A program made the translations under genes and the position numbers. From Candidatus Electrothrix sp. GW3-4 (GTDB lineage: Bacteria > Desulfobacterota > Desulfobulbia > Desulfobulbales > Desulfobulbaceae), in assembly GCF_037902255.1 (NCBI RefSeq), contig NZ_CP147990.1, forward strand, positions 3,480,001-3,512,000: a DNA stretch of 32,000 nucleotides, in the 5' to 3' direction. Shown here piece after piece: positions 1-9,530 of this stretch; position 1 is the first letter of the stretch; every line of letters begins with the position of its first letter. The notes below the pieces were generated by a model. That model did no database searches. It was not told the origin of the DNA and worked only from the letters and a program-made list of their open reading frames with translations.

Positions 1-1752
1 GGCCATCAACCGATGCAGAGCCCTGATCAACGATTCTGGATCGCCTTTAACGGAGAAATATATAACTACATAGAGCTTCGCAACCGTCTGGAACAGCAGG
101 GGGAAAGGTTTCGGGGATCATCGGACACCGAAGTACTGCTCAGGCTGCTTGCCTGTGAAGGAACAGATGGCTTGACACGGCTGAACGGCATGTTTGCCCT
201 GGCTGTTGTGGACACAAAGAAACGAACCTTTCTCCTGACACGCGACCGATTGGGCCAAAAACCCCTGTACTACGCTTTCGGACCAGAGCAACTCCGCTTC
301 GCCTCGGAGTTAAAGTGTTTGTTGTCCTGGCCCGATGCCCCACGTCAAATAGATCCACAAGCCCTGGCTCAATATTTAACACTTGGCTACCTCCCTAATG
401 AAAGCTGTATTTTTCAAGGGCATTACAAGCTCCCACCCGGTCATTTCCTGACCGGTTCCCTGGATACCCCAAAACAAGTCACCCCCTCTCCGTACTGGCA
501 ACTGGAGGTGAACAAGGAACGTGGTGAAAATAATTTCAGCAGAAATGACCAGGAAGAACTGATCGACCTGTTCTCCAATGCCGTACAGATTCGGCTCCGA
601 AGTGATGTTCCGGTCGGAATTTTTTTGTCTGGCGGTGTCGATAGTGGACTCGTGGCCGCTCTGGCCGCTAAAGCAAATGTTCCGGTACCTCCTCTGGCAC
701 TGACAGTGGGTTTTGCCGAGAAGAGTTATGATGAAACCGCCCAGGCTCAAGCTACTGCAGACCATGTTGGTCTAGAGCACAAAATTATTATCCAACGCTC
801 AGGGAGTTTGCGGGATATTGATCGGTTGGCCTGGTTTTATGACGAACCTTTTGGTGACGCATCTGCTCTGCCTACGATGAACCTGTGTGAAGCCGCTTCA
901 GACTATGCAACGGTTTTTCTAGCTGGTGATGGAGGTGATGAGGCCTTTGGCGGTTATCGACGTTACGTTGAAGCGCAGCGCTACATCCAGCTGGCGGGTC
1001 TTCCGTCTCTGGCAAGAGGGGGGATGCGCCTACTCGCCACCCTTCTTCCCTTTACCTCTCCCCTAGGCTATCGTTTGTTGAAGAGTAGTCTGCCAGATAA
1101 TGGTTTTGCCGCTGTTTTTGACGGGGAGGGGCTGGCCGAAGACCCTGTACTGAAAATGGTCTTCCACCCAGAGTTCAAAGAGAACACGGCTAGTGCCAGC
1201 ACACCGGTCCAACAACGCTGGCTCCTCAGCAAAGGTCAGAATCTCCTTACTCGTCAACAGGCATTGGATTATGCGTTATACTTACCAGATGACATCTTGG
1301 TGAAAGTTGACCGGGCTTCCATGGCCCATTCCATTGAAGTGCGCTCTCCTTTTCTTGATTACCGCTTGGTTGAATGGGCGGCACGCCTGCCGCGAGCAAC
1401 GTTGATGAACACAACAATGGGGAAACTCCCCTTAAGGACCGCAGGTAAAGCCCTGCTTCCTCCGACCATTCAACAGGGAGAGAAACGCGGTTTCGGCATC
1501 CCGCTGGATGATTGGTTTCGGGAGCCGAGTGGACACGATTTTGTCCGGAACCGACTTCTCTCTGTCAGGGCCAAAGAAAGAGGATTATGGGATGTACCGG
1601 GCGTAGAGAAGGTCCTTGATGCGCACCAGACAAGACAAGGGCGAAATTTTGGCGAAATACTGTGGCGTCTGCTCATCCTGGATGCCTGGGCACGTCATTA
1701 CCTTGATGATACCACATTTCTCCAGGGCCCCCCTGAGCGTGTGGGTCTATGA
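1..1752 (+). CDS. Asparagine synthetase (glutamine-hydrolysing) family amidotransferase, 5'-truncated by the window edge
   Basis: The frame is open to base 1 (GHQP before the first Met). AsnB-type N-terminal region (FNGEIYNY, SDTEVLL), PP-loop FLSGGVDSG, and a long synthetase domain. It heads a co-directional polysaccharide gene set. Confidence 0.9.
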   Translation, partial: GHQPMQSPDQRFWIAFNGEIYNYIELRNRLEQQGERFRGSSDTEVLLRLLACEGTDGLTRLNGMFALAVVDTKKRTFLLTRDRLGQKPLYYAFGPEQLRFASELKCLLSWPDAPRQIDPQALAQYLTLGYLPNESCIFQGHYKLPPGHFLTGSLDTPKQVTPSPYWQLEVNKERGENNFSRNDQEELIDLFSNAVQIRLRSDVPVGIFLSGGVDSGLVAALAAKANVPVPPLALTVGFAEKSYDETAQAQATADHVGLEHKIIIQRSGSLRDIDRLAWFYDEPFGDASALPTMNLCEAASDYATVFLAGDGGDEAFGGYRRYVEAQRYIQLAGLPSLARGGMRLLATLLPFTSPLGYRLLKSSLPDNGFAAVFDGEGLAEDPVLKMVFHPEFKENTASASTPVQQRWLLSKGQNLLTRQQALDYALYLPDDILVKVDRASMAHSIEVRSPFLDYRLVEWAARLPRATLMNTTMGKLPLRTAGKALLPPTIQQGEKRGFGIPLDDWFREPSGHDFVRNRLLSVRAKERGLWDVPGVEKVLDAHQTRQGRNFGEILWRLLILDAWARHYLDDTTFLQGPPERVGL

Positions 1753-1884
1753 GAGAAGGGATCTCAACGAAACCTTGTATGTCTTCTGCTGCACCGGGAA
1801 GAAAATATCCCCTCTCTCAAGAGCAGCTCCTTGACGCATTCCATTAATCAATAAGCAGGCAACAGCGGTCGCAAAATACTGTCT

Positions 1885-2910
1885 ATGAATCCAGTAAGCT
1901 CAAAAGGCCTGCAATTTCTTTTCCATACAGGGGCGTTGGATCTTATCCATGCATTATGGCCTCCCAGAGTGACTGTCCTCGCCTATCACCGGGTAACCGA
2001 TCCCCATACGCCAGGCTTTGATAGCTTCAAAGCAAACGTAAGTGCCACGCCAGAAGCCTTTGCAGAACAAATGGATTATGTTCGCAAACGCTTTAGTGTT
2101 ATTTCACTGGAAAATCTCCTGGACAGCCTGCGGGGAAGGCATAAGCTGCCAGCGAATCCCCTGCTGATTACCTTTGACGATGGTTATCGAGATAATCTCG
2201 AGAACGCTTTCCCTCTTTTACAACAACGGCACATGCCAGCGGTAATATTTCTCACCACAGACCATATTGGTCAGGCCACCCCTTTTTATTGGGATCTGAT
2301 TGCGTACTGCTTCTCCCACACATTGAAAAAAGAGGTAGAGCTCCCCCTGTTCGGCAAAAAACAATGGGATGACGAACAGAGCCGAATAGAAGTTATGGGG
2401 AGCTGGCTCGACATATTAAAAACACAGGCCAATGATAAAAAGAAGTGGGCAATGCAACAACTGCCCAGCTTGCTTGACGTTGCTGTGCCGGAAAATCATT
2501 TTTCCGGTAACCACTTGAACTGGGATCAGGTACGAACTCTTGTCGCGTCCGGTATAGAGATGGGAGCACATACGCAAAGCCATCCCATTTTATCCCGTAT
2601 TCCTCAAGACCAGGTACAACAAGAAATCTTCGGTTCAAAAGAACGCATTGAGCAGGAAACGGGCAGACCGGTAAAGGCGTTTGCGTATCCCAACGGCCTT
2701 CCAGCCGACTTTAATCCGACCACCCAGACCATCCTGAAGAATGCAGGTTTTGAAGCGGCTTTCACCTTGCTGCCTGGACCGACCCGCTGGGCTGCAGTAC
2801 AGAAACACCCCTTGGCGATCCCACGTGTTTCCATTCACCATAAAGACACACTTCCACGTTTTGCGGCTAAGTTGATGGGTATTTCAAAATTATCAAGAGG
2901 ATGCATTTAA
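1885..2910 (+). CDS. Polysaccharide deacetylase (NodB/CE4 family)
   Basis: CE4 motif 1 ITFDDGYRDN and a His motif HTQSHP. 341 aa, 132 nt downstream of the amidotransferase on the same strand. Confidence 0.9.
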   Translation: MNPVSSKGLQFLFHTGALDLIHALWPPRVTVLAYHRVTDPHTPGFDSFKANVSATPEAFAEQMDYVRKRFSVISLENLLDSLRGRHKLPANPLLITFDDGYRDNLENAFPLLQQRHMPAVIFLTTDHIGQATPFYWDLIAYCFSHTLKKEVELPLFGKKQWDDEQSRIEVMGSWLDILKTQANDKKKWAMQQLPSLLDVAVPENHFSGNHLNWDQVRTLVASGIEMGAHTQSHPILSRIPQDQVQQEIFGSKERIEQETGRPVKAFAYPNGLPADFNPTTQTILKNAGFEAAFTLLPGPTRWAAVQKHPLAIPRVSIHHKDTLPRFAAKLMGISKLSRGCI

Positions 2911-2972
2911 AATTTCCCACTGATTTCGGGCTCTCTGAGAAGGCCTAACCTTATTGATGAGCAAAAAAAATA

Positions 2973-4094
2973 ATGGCGCATTTAAAGGGAAAAATCCGTC
3001 CCATACTGATTATTGATCTGGCGAAACACTTTGGTGGAGTCGAGGTGCGTGTGCTTTCCATGGCCAAAGAACTTCAGGGACAGCAGCCCTATGCAGTGGC
3101 GACCTTGAAAGACTCTCCCCTGCATCGTAAGCTCGAAGCCGCCAGCCTGACCTGTCTGCCGGTTCCCTTTGCACGCAGCGACCCACGTCTTTTGTTTTTT
3201 TTTCGCAAGGTTCTTCGCCAACAAGGCTTTGGCGTCATTGACGCACACAATGTCCAATCCCAGTTTTGGGGGCACCTAGCTGCCTGCCTGACGGGTGGAA
3301 TTACCAAGGTCACGACCGTACACAGTGCCTATCGAATTGAGCACAACAGGTCGTTAAAGGGGTTGTTTTATGAACAAATTTTACGAATGAACTCCTGGCT
3401 CGGTGCAAGGTTCATTGCGGTGACCGGTGCTGTACATGATTACCTACACGATGCCGGGATCCCCCTCAAACGGATAAGCCTTGTTCAAAACAGTATCCGG
3501 CTGCCATCCCAACCCAACCGAACGAACAGGGATGCCCTCAGGAAATCTTTAGGATGGCCAGAAAAATCCTATATTATCATAGTAGTTGCTCGACTTGAGC
3601 CGGTCAAGGGACATACCTTTTTGCTTGAGGCGTTAGGCAGGCTGGTCGATAGGCAGCCGTTGTTGCGCTGCCTGATTGTAGGAGAGGGGCGTAGCCGCGC
3701 CGAACTTGTCAGTCAGGTTGAGCAGATAAAACTCCAAAAAATAGTCCATTTCACCGGGTTCCGCGACGATATCCCTGCGTTGCTGGGAGCCAGCGATCTC
3801 TTTTGCCTCCCCTCTCTCTCCGAAGGCTTACCTTATGCTTTATTGGAAAGCGTTGCCCACAACGTTCCTCTCCTGGTGACCCAGGTCGGCGGCATGGCAG
3901 AACTGTTACAACACGGAAGGACCGCATTCTTAGTGCCGCCTTCAGACCCGGATGCATTGGCTGAAGGAATACAGTGGTGCCTTGATCATCCAGAGGAAAC
4001 ATCCGCTATGAGCCAAAAGGCTCATGAATGGCTCAGACAAACATTTAATCCCCAAAAAATGATTGATCAAACCTTGACCATCTACCAAAGTTGA
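2973..4094 (+). CDS. Glycosyltransferase family 4 (GT-B, group 1)
   Basis: 373 aa with the EX7E motif EGLPYALLES and typical GT4 length and layout. The stop codon TGA (4092-4094) is formed across the junction with the IS element. Confidence 0.9.
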   Translation: MAHLKGKIRPILIIDLAKHFGGVEVRVLSMAKELQGQQPYAVATLKDSPLHRKLEAASLTCLPVPFARSDPRLLFFFRKVLRQQGFGVIDAHNVQSQFWGHLAACLTGGITKVTTVHSAYRIEHNRSLKGLFYEQILRMNSWLGARFIAVTGAVHDYLHDAGIPLKRISLVQNSIRLPSQPNRTNRDALRKSLGWPEKSYIIIVVARLEPVKGHTFLLEALGRLVDRQPLLRCLIVGEGRSRAELVSQVEQIKLQKIVHFTGFRDDIPALLGASDLFCLPSLSEGLPYALLESVAHNVPLLVTQVGGMAELLQHGRTAFLVPPSDPDALAEGIQWCLDHPEETSAMSQKAHEWLRQTFNPQKMIDQTLTIYQS

Positions 4095-5985
4095 TGGATT
4101 CGCAAAAAGTTGTTTTTGCATAATCAACTGAAATTATTTAAATATAATTGATTTTCTTCTTGCTACAGACTAGCTGTTATGATATACACTATGTCAACAT
4201 TACAGATATATACGCAAGAGAGCTATGCTAAACGTCAAAGATCACAAAACCATCAACATGTTCGACCCGTTTGATTATCTCGGGCCAAAACGTCGAAAAA
4301 TGCTGGACGAGTCATGGGCCGGGATTTTTCGGGATCATGTCCGTCATATTCTTCCGGTTGATCTCCTTACCCGGTATTTCAGTACGGGCATGGGGCGACC
4401 AACCAATGAACTCGTTGCCATGATGGGGGCAATGTTGTTGCAGCATATGCATGATCTGACAGACGAAGAAACAGCCGAGCAGTTTGCCTTTAACATACAA
4501 TGGCATTATGCCCTTGATATCACAAGCAACTCAGATAAAGCAGCCTATGTCTGTCCAAGAAGTATCTGGACCATGCGCTCTATCATGACGGAATATGGAC
4601 TGTATGACGATATCTTCAAGGCTGTAGGCGACGAGCTTATGAAAACGTTCGATGCTGATCCTTCTCTGCAACGTATAGATTCTGTTCATATATTTTCCAA
4701 CATGAAGCACCTCGGTCGTGTCGGGATCTTCACTGGCACCATCAAAAAATTCCTGACCAATCTCAAACGGCAGCACAAAAACGAGTTCAAAGCCCTTGAC
4801 CCGGATTTGCGAGATCGCTACCTGAAAAAAGAAGAGGCAAATGCCTTCTCTATGGTCAAACCATCCGAATCGACCAAAACCCTGCAAATGGTTGCTGACG
4901 ATCTTTTCTTTTTTATCAACAAGTTCGCCTCTCATCACAGCATCCCGTCTATGGACTCGTATCAGCTCATGACGCGTATTCTGAAAGAACAATGCATCAC
5001 AGAGCAGGGCGGAAATACTGATGAACTGCGTGTTACTCTGAAGCCGAATAAGGATATCCCCTCCGACTCCCTTCAGAATCCCTCTGATCCCGATGCCGGA
5101 TACAGCGGTCATAAAGGCAAGGGATATCAGGTGCAAATCGCAGAAACATACAGCACAGAGGAAGATGCTGAAATTCTTTCCCTGATTACCTATGTTGATG
5201 TGCAGGCTGCCCATGAAAGTGATGCCGATGCCCTGATACCGTATCTTGAGGCCGCAGAACAACGTGGCGTAAAACCGGAAGAAATATCAGCTGATACGCT
5301 CTACGGAAGCGATGACAATCACGAGGCGGCAAAACAAAAAGGCGTTGATCTGATCGCCCCCACGCTGGATCGCCAAAAAGGTCTCTTCTGCACTCTGACC
5401 GATTTTGAGTTTTCTGAAAACGGTTTTGTCATCTCGTGTCCTGAACAATGCCGACCTGTCAAAAAATCCAGGAAAAAAGACAGGTTCACCATAGCCTTTT
5501 CATCGGAAAGGTGTGATGCCTGCCCAAGAGTCAACCATTGCCCTGTCAAACCCGGCAAAAAAGACCTCAGCTATCTCCGATACAATGAAAAAAATGTCCG
5601 CCTCGCGCAAAGAAGGGCATACGAACGAACCGATGAATTCAAAGAAAAGTATCGGTTCCGGGCCGGGGTCGAGGCGACCATGTCGCAGCTTGATCGCCGC
5701 ACGGGGATCAAGCATCTTCGGGTGCGGGGAATGAAAGCGGTTCGTTTCGCAGCGACCATGAAAGCAACAGCACTCAATATTATACGGGCAGCTGCGTACA
5801 AAAAACGGAGAAATAAGGGAAAAAATCCCTCTTCACCCTCCTTCGGAGGCTTGATTGGCCTGATTTTGATTGTCAAAGAGCATTTTCACAATTTTTTGGA
5901 CAAAATCAAAATCGCCAAAGTCACATCACCAACTTTTTGAAATTTTAGACCCAATTTGCTGACTGACTTTTTGCTGGACCATCAA
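4091..5985 (+). mobile_element. DDE insertion sequence, IS1182/IS5-superfamily-like; boundaries +/- 3 nt
   Basis: A single 571-aa transposase ORF flanked by imperfect terminal inverted repeats: 4091-4110 TTGATGGATTCGCAAAAAGT versus the reverse complement of 5966-5985, TTGATGGTCCAGCAAAAAGT (16/20). Alternative reading: the element is 4093-5982 with a 7-bp direct repeat CAAAGTT at 4086-4092 and 5983-5989 as the target-site duplication. Confidence 0.8.
4225..5940 (+). CDS. IS transposase (DDE, DUF772-type N-terminus, C-terminal Cys cluster)
   Basis: N-terminal ...GRPTNELVAMMGAMLLQHMHDLTDEETAEQFAFNIQWHYAL resembles the InsH-N/DUF772 region. Candidate DDE residues lie in IDSVHIF, SADTLYGSD and RAGVEATMSQL. 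There is a CDACPRVNHC zinc-finger-like motif and a C-terminal KHLRVRGMKAV... tail typical of IS5/IS1182-type enzymes. Confidence 0.9.
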   Translation: MLNVKDHKTINMFDPFDYLGPKRRKMLDESWAGIFRDHVRHILPVDLLTRYFSTGMGRPTNELVAMMGAMLLQHMHDLTDEETAEQFAFNIQWHYALDITSNSDKAAYVCPRSIWTMRSIMTEYGLYDDIFKAVGDELMKTFDADPSLQRIDSVHIFSNMKHLGRVGIFTGTIKKFLTNLKRQHKNEFKALDPDLRDRYLKKEEANAFSMVKPSESTKTLQMVADDLFFFINKFASHHSIPSMDSYQLMTRILKEQCITEQGGNTDELRVTLKPNKDIPSDSLQNPSDPDAGYSGHKGKGYQVQIAETYSTEEDAEILSLITYVDVQAAHESDADALIPYLEAAEQRGVKPEEISADTLYGSDDNHEAAKQKGVDLIAPTLDRQKGLFCTLTDFEFSENGFVISCPEQCRPVKKSRKKDRFTIAFSSERCDACPRVNHCPVKPGKKDLSYLRYNEKNVRLAQRRAYERTDEFKEKYRFRAGVEATMSQLDRRTGIKHLRVRGMKAVRFAATMKATALNIIRAAAYKKRRNKGKNPSSPSFGGLIGLILIVKEHFHNFLDKIKIAKVTSPTF

Positions 5986-5994
5986 AGTTAAGTC

Positions 5995-6025
5995 CCCCAC
6001 ACAGGGGCTTGCTCCTTGAGCAAGC
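5995..6025. terminator. Tandem GC hairpins in the original convergent spacer (possible bidirectional terminator, no U-tract)
   Basis: CCCC-acaca-GGGG (5995-6007) is followed directly by GCTTGCT-ccttg-AGCAAGC (6007-6025). The hairpins lie between the glycosyltransferase (+) and the hydrolase (-) once the IS and the intron are mentally removed. Confidence 0.3.
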
Positions 6026-6042
6026 AGGCCGAGATTATCGGC

Positions 6043-8087
6043 ATCGGGTCAGAGGGAGCCGAAGCTCCCGTCTGCCCACAGAACCGTGCGTACGGGTCCG
6101 TACACGGCTCCTCATGTTATACTCTTATCCATCGATGAAGAGGTAACCAGTGCGAATGCTTTTGATCTGACCGTATCTCTTGTCCCTTTTCCTGGATGAA
6201 CCAAGCAACAGGGTATGCTTTTTCTAACGCAAAAGTATGAGATAAGGCCCATCGACCATTATTCGAAAATGCCGCGTTTGCTGCACTCTTTCGGCTCACC
6301 CCTCTTTTCTTCAGCTTCTTGAACAGATGGCGACGCCTTTTCTGTTGATCCACCAGACGCGCACGGAGTCTTCTCCGTATATGCGCTTCGATTTTGCTGA
6401 GTTGAGATGGATATTCCGTCATCCGATAATACCCGGCCCAACCGACATACCAACGGTTTATCCGCTTAATCGTTTTCTCCAGCGGCAGATACGTGCCTCG
6501 CGGTGTCAACTCTTTGACTTTCTGCATGGCCGTTTTCATCGATTTCGCTGAAATAGCCAGCGTTCCTTCAATGATAGTCATTCCGAGAAATTTTACCTCG
6601 CTGGAATGAGCGACCCTGCTCTTATCACGGTTGATCTTCAGCTTGAGTTTCTTTTCAATAAATTTACTGATACTGCTCATGACACGCTCTGCCGCTTTGG
6701 GCGAGCGAACATAGATATTGCAATCATCAGCAAAGCGGCAAAACTCAAGCCCCCGCCGTTCAAGCTCCTTGTCCAGTTCATCAAGCACTACATTGCTCAA
6801 CAGCGGACTCAGAGGGCTTCCCTGGGGAGTGCCTTTCTCACTGAGCATTACATCACCGTCCTTCATTATCCCGCTCCGCAGAATCATGCCGATTAAACGG
6901 AGTACCCGTTTATCATCCACATGCCCTGAAAGAAGATAAATCAAACGATCATGGTTCACTCGGTCGAAAAATTTCGACAAGTCGATGTCCACCACATACT
7001 CTTTCCCGCTCTTCACAATCCGCTGGCCGGATTCCACCGCCTGACGTTGACTACGTCCGGGACGAAAACCAAAGCTGTGATCGGAAAATACCGGATCAAG
7101 TATGGGCTCCAAAAGCTGTTTGATCGTCGCATGAACAACCCTGTCTTTTACGCAGGGTACCCCAAGCAAACGAACACCTGCACCTTTGCCCGGCTTGGGT
7201 ATTTCAACCCGTTGCACCGGACTCGGTTTATACCTCCAGCCTGCAAGTTCTTCCGCAAGCTGTTCTATCTCTTCTTTCAGGCTGCTGCCGAATTCTTCGA
7301 CCGTTACCCCGTCTACTCCGGGAGAGCCGCCGTTCTTCTTCACTGCCTTGAAACCTGCACGCAAAAATCGCACGTCGCAGAGTTTCTCAAAGAGACTTCT
7401 TTCATCAACAAACAGTTCCCTTTGTCTCATTTCACCTTCCATTTTGCGCTGTTATTTCATCACTCCGCACAGTCTCTGTTGTCATCGGAAGTATACGTAT
7501 CCGCTTCAAAGACAGTTCCTACGGCTGAGCTCATAACAACATCTATTCTGAGAGTCCGGTTCTGATAACATGTTCCGCCCTTCGGCTCCGGCATTGCTGC
7601 CACTTTCCGATAGTTTTACCCTCAGATACGTCACCGCATCCTCATCGGCTATCGATTTTACGCCTACTATGGCTTCATCTGAAAACCCTCTGTCCATAAC
7701 AGAAACATTGCTGCTCCGCTTAGGGCACGGCTGTCGCAGTTACAACCGGCCCGGCATACAGACGGCTCTTCACCGGGTAAGATCACGAGCTTTCATTGCC
7801 CACCCACCTCCTCTACTCTACGGAATACGGAAAGGATATCGGGCTTCGGCAGTCGAGGTTGCCTCGCCCTTTCCGTAAAGCCTGCCAGAGGTTCGCACCG
7901 AGCTTGGGTGACAAATTTGATTCAGGCTTCCTTCAGATCCGTCATTGGCTCACAGTTACCGGGATATCCCTCCTCGGGCAGCTCCTGTGAGTTTCTTCAG
8001 GCACCCTTACCTTCGTCTACATATTCCCTCCTTTCAGGGGTTATGGCTGGACTTGCACCAGCTAGTTCGTGACCATGCCGGTCACAC
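6043..8087 (-). mobile_element. Group II intron, copy 1 (2,045 bp)
   Basis: On the minus strand the 5' end reads GUGUGACCGGCAUGG (plus-strand CACAC at 8083-8087). Domain V is at 6081-6110 (GAGCCGUGUACGGACCCGUACGCACGGUUC) with the AGC triad and a 2-nt bulge. Domain VI is at 6043-6077 with a UUCG loop and a bulged A at 6049, 7 nt from the 3' end. The intron ends ...CCCGAU. The RT/maturase ORF lies in domain IV. Confidence 0.95.
6117..7442 (-). CDS. Group II intron reverse transcriptase/maturase (no endonuclease domain)
   Basis: RT motifs RVEIPKPGKGAGVRLLGVPCVKDRVV, FGFRPGRSQ, VVDIDLSKFFDRVNH, QGSPLSPLLSNV and FADD (FCRFADDCNIYV). The maturase/X region is RINRWYVGWAGYY. At 441 aa there is no HNH/En domain after X. 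The ORF stops 6 nt before domain V. Confidence 0.97.
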   Translation of the reverse strand: MEGEMRQRELFVDERSLFEKLCDVRFLRAGFKAVKKNGGSPGVDGVTVEEFGSSLKEEIEQLAEELAGWRYKPSPVQRVEIPKPGKGAGVRLLGVPCVKDRVVHATIKQLLEPILDPVFSDHSFGFRPGRSQRQAVESGQRIVKSGKEYVVDIDLSKFFDRVNHDRLIYLLSGHVDDKRVLRLIGMILRSGIMKDGDVMLSEKGTPQGSPLSPLLSNVVLDELDKELERRGLEFCRFADDCNIYVRSPKAAERVMSSISKFIEKKLKLKINRDKSRVAHSSEVKFLGMTIIEGTLAISAKSMKTAMQKVKELTPRGTYLPLEKTIKRINRWYVGWAGYYRMTEYPSQLSKIEAHIRRRLRARLVDQQKRRRHLFKKLKKRGVSRKSAANAAFSNNGRWALSHTFALEKAYPVAWFIQEKGQEIRSDQKHSHWLPLHRWIRV

Positions 8088-8116
8088 CTCAACAAGGGGG
8101 ATTCTTCACAAGATGC

Positions 8117-9136
8117 TCATAACAACAAGCTCAACACCGGAATCAGCCAGCTACGCCCTCTGCCTTCCTGGTTCAGAAGGATAGTATTCAAGATGCTCCA
8201 GAGCGCCGTTGTCTTGGGTATGCAGTCCTGCCGATAATACCACCAAAAATAACCACCGACATAATAATCACCCTTGATATTCAACGAGTAATAGCGCTGC
8301 ATATACTCAGCCTTTTTGTCTGCCTGCTCTGTACCGACCTCGCCAAAGCCAAGCTTTGCCTTGGGAAAAATGACATGCAGGGCATCAAAGACCTCTTGCC
8401 ATTCCTCCTGACTATGCACGACATTCTCGCAATCATCCTCGTAATAACTGAAAAAGACATAGTCGAGTCCATTTCGCATCGTTGGTGAGATATTCGCCTC
8501 TACCCAGGTAAACATTTCGTGTTCCGGTTTATCGTAGAAGCAAGATTTATTATAATAAAGATTCAGGGCAGTGCTAAGACCACGGTCATGAACTGCAGCA
8601 TAAGCACCCTCTATCTTGGCCACTACCTCGGTGGTATTACCGAGCCATTCGCCGTTGACCTCATTGCCGATCTCCCAGATATCCACAATGTCTGCAAAGC
8701 GGTCCAGGTATTCGTTGGTTCGTTCAATATATTCAGCCACCGAGTAATACGTTACAAATTTACTATCTAGAATCTCCCCCATGACAAAGGCCGCTGAGGC
8801 AATATTCTCCAATGGTTGCTGATAGTCAGAGGGATCCCAGCACTCCACACAGGCGGCTACACATTTATCCACGGGATACATACACTCATCAAAGACAACA
8901 CGCACGGTGGGCTTGACGGCATGGCTAGCCAAGGCATCCCCTATGGCATCCTTTTCCGCCTCGTTGTCGAACCAAGGATCATCAATGGTGACGCCGAAGA
9001 TATTTCCCGATTGAGCCAAGGCCCTTTGTGCTGAACAACAGAGACTGAGTAAAAAGATGCTCAATACAAAGGCAGCAAGTACATGCTGTCGAAGACAAGG
9101 CACCTTGATAAAACTAGAATACATTGTGGTATCCAT
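8117..9136 (-). CDS. Secreted glycoside hydrolase-like protein (clan GH-A TIM-barrel type, family unassigned)
   Basis: N-terminal signal-like segment (VLAAFVLSIFLLSLCCSAQRALAQS). Candidate acid/base motif DIWEIGNEVNGEW and candidate nucleophile KLGFGEVG, spaced as in GH5/GH53-type enzymes. Strong SD GGAGG 8 nt before the ATG. Confidence 0.6.
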   Translation of the reverse strand: MDTTMYSSFIKVPCLRQHVLAAFVLSIFLLSLCCSAQRALAQSGNIFGVTIDDPWFDNEAEKDAIGDALASHAVKPTVRVVFDECMYPVDKCVAACVECWDPSDYQQPLENIASAAFVMGEILDSKFVTYYSVAEYIERTNEYLDRFADIVDIWEIGNEVNGEWLGNTTEVVAKIEGAYAAVHDRGLSTALNLYYNKSCFYDKPEHEMFTWVEANISPTMRNGLDYVFFSYYEDDCENVVHSQEEWQEVFDALHVIFPKAKLGFGEVGTEQADKKAEYMQRYYSLNIKGDYYVGGYFWWYYRQDCIPKTTALWSILNTILLNQEGRGRSWLIPVLSLLL

Positions 9137-9530
9137 TGAACAGTCCTCCGTATATCGTTTTGTAAAGAAAAGATAATAAACATGATAACCAGAGGAATCC
9201 CGAGATAGGAGGACGCCTCCTCTTAGGATTATATCACATGATAATTATTACTGGTAAGGTGAATAAAAAAACGAAGACCTCCTGCTCACTCTTGGAGTTT
9301 CCTGTCCTCTTTGGCCTGGAGAATGGAAAAGAGAGCAGATACAGGGGGAAACGCGACATAAGGCGATACCAGACAGAACAAAACGATTCTGAATGCCCGG
9401 TATTGATGAGAGATTGAACAGATGGATGTAATTCCCTGTGCTGGATAAGGAAAGACGGTACGGCGCTGAGCAAAATAGCTCAGTGATTAGAAAAAAGGAC
9501 AGAAGAGGGCTCCTTACTGGTTGCTCCCTG

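Noticed and set aside
4531-5262. 243-aa minus-strand ORF inside the IS
   Set aside because: It is antisense to the transposase ORF, which has recognisable DDE-transposase features. The antisense product has none.
6005-6027. Hairpin next to intron copy 1, taken at first as evidence for a class C (terminator-targeting) intron
   Set aside because: The hairpin lies on the 3'-exon side of the minus-strand intron, whereas class C introns insert downstream of a stem-loop. I found no stem-loop in the last ~40 nt of either 5' exon.
6259-8184. Many 60-200-aa ORFs on both strands within each intron copy (for example 6951-7565 +, 7570-7878 +), duplicated at +3488
   Set aside because: They overlap the RT/maturase gene in antisense or lie in the ribozyme domains I-III. 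Their sequences are Ser/Pro/Leu-rich, and a group II intron has one known protein product.
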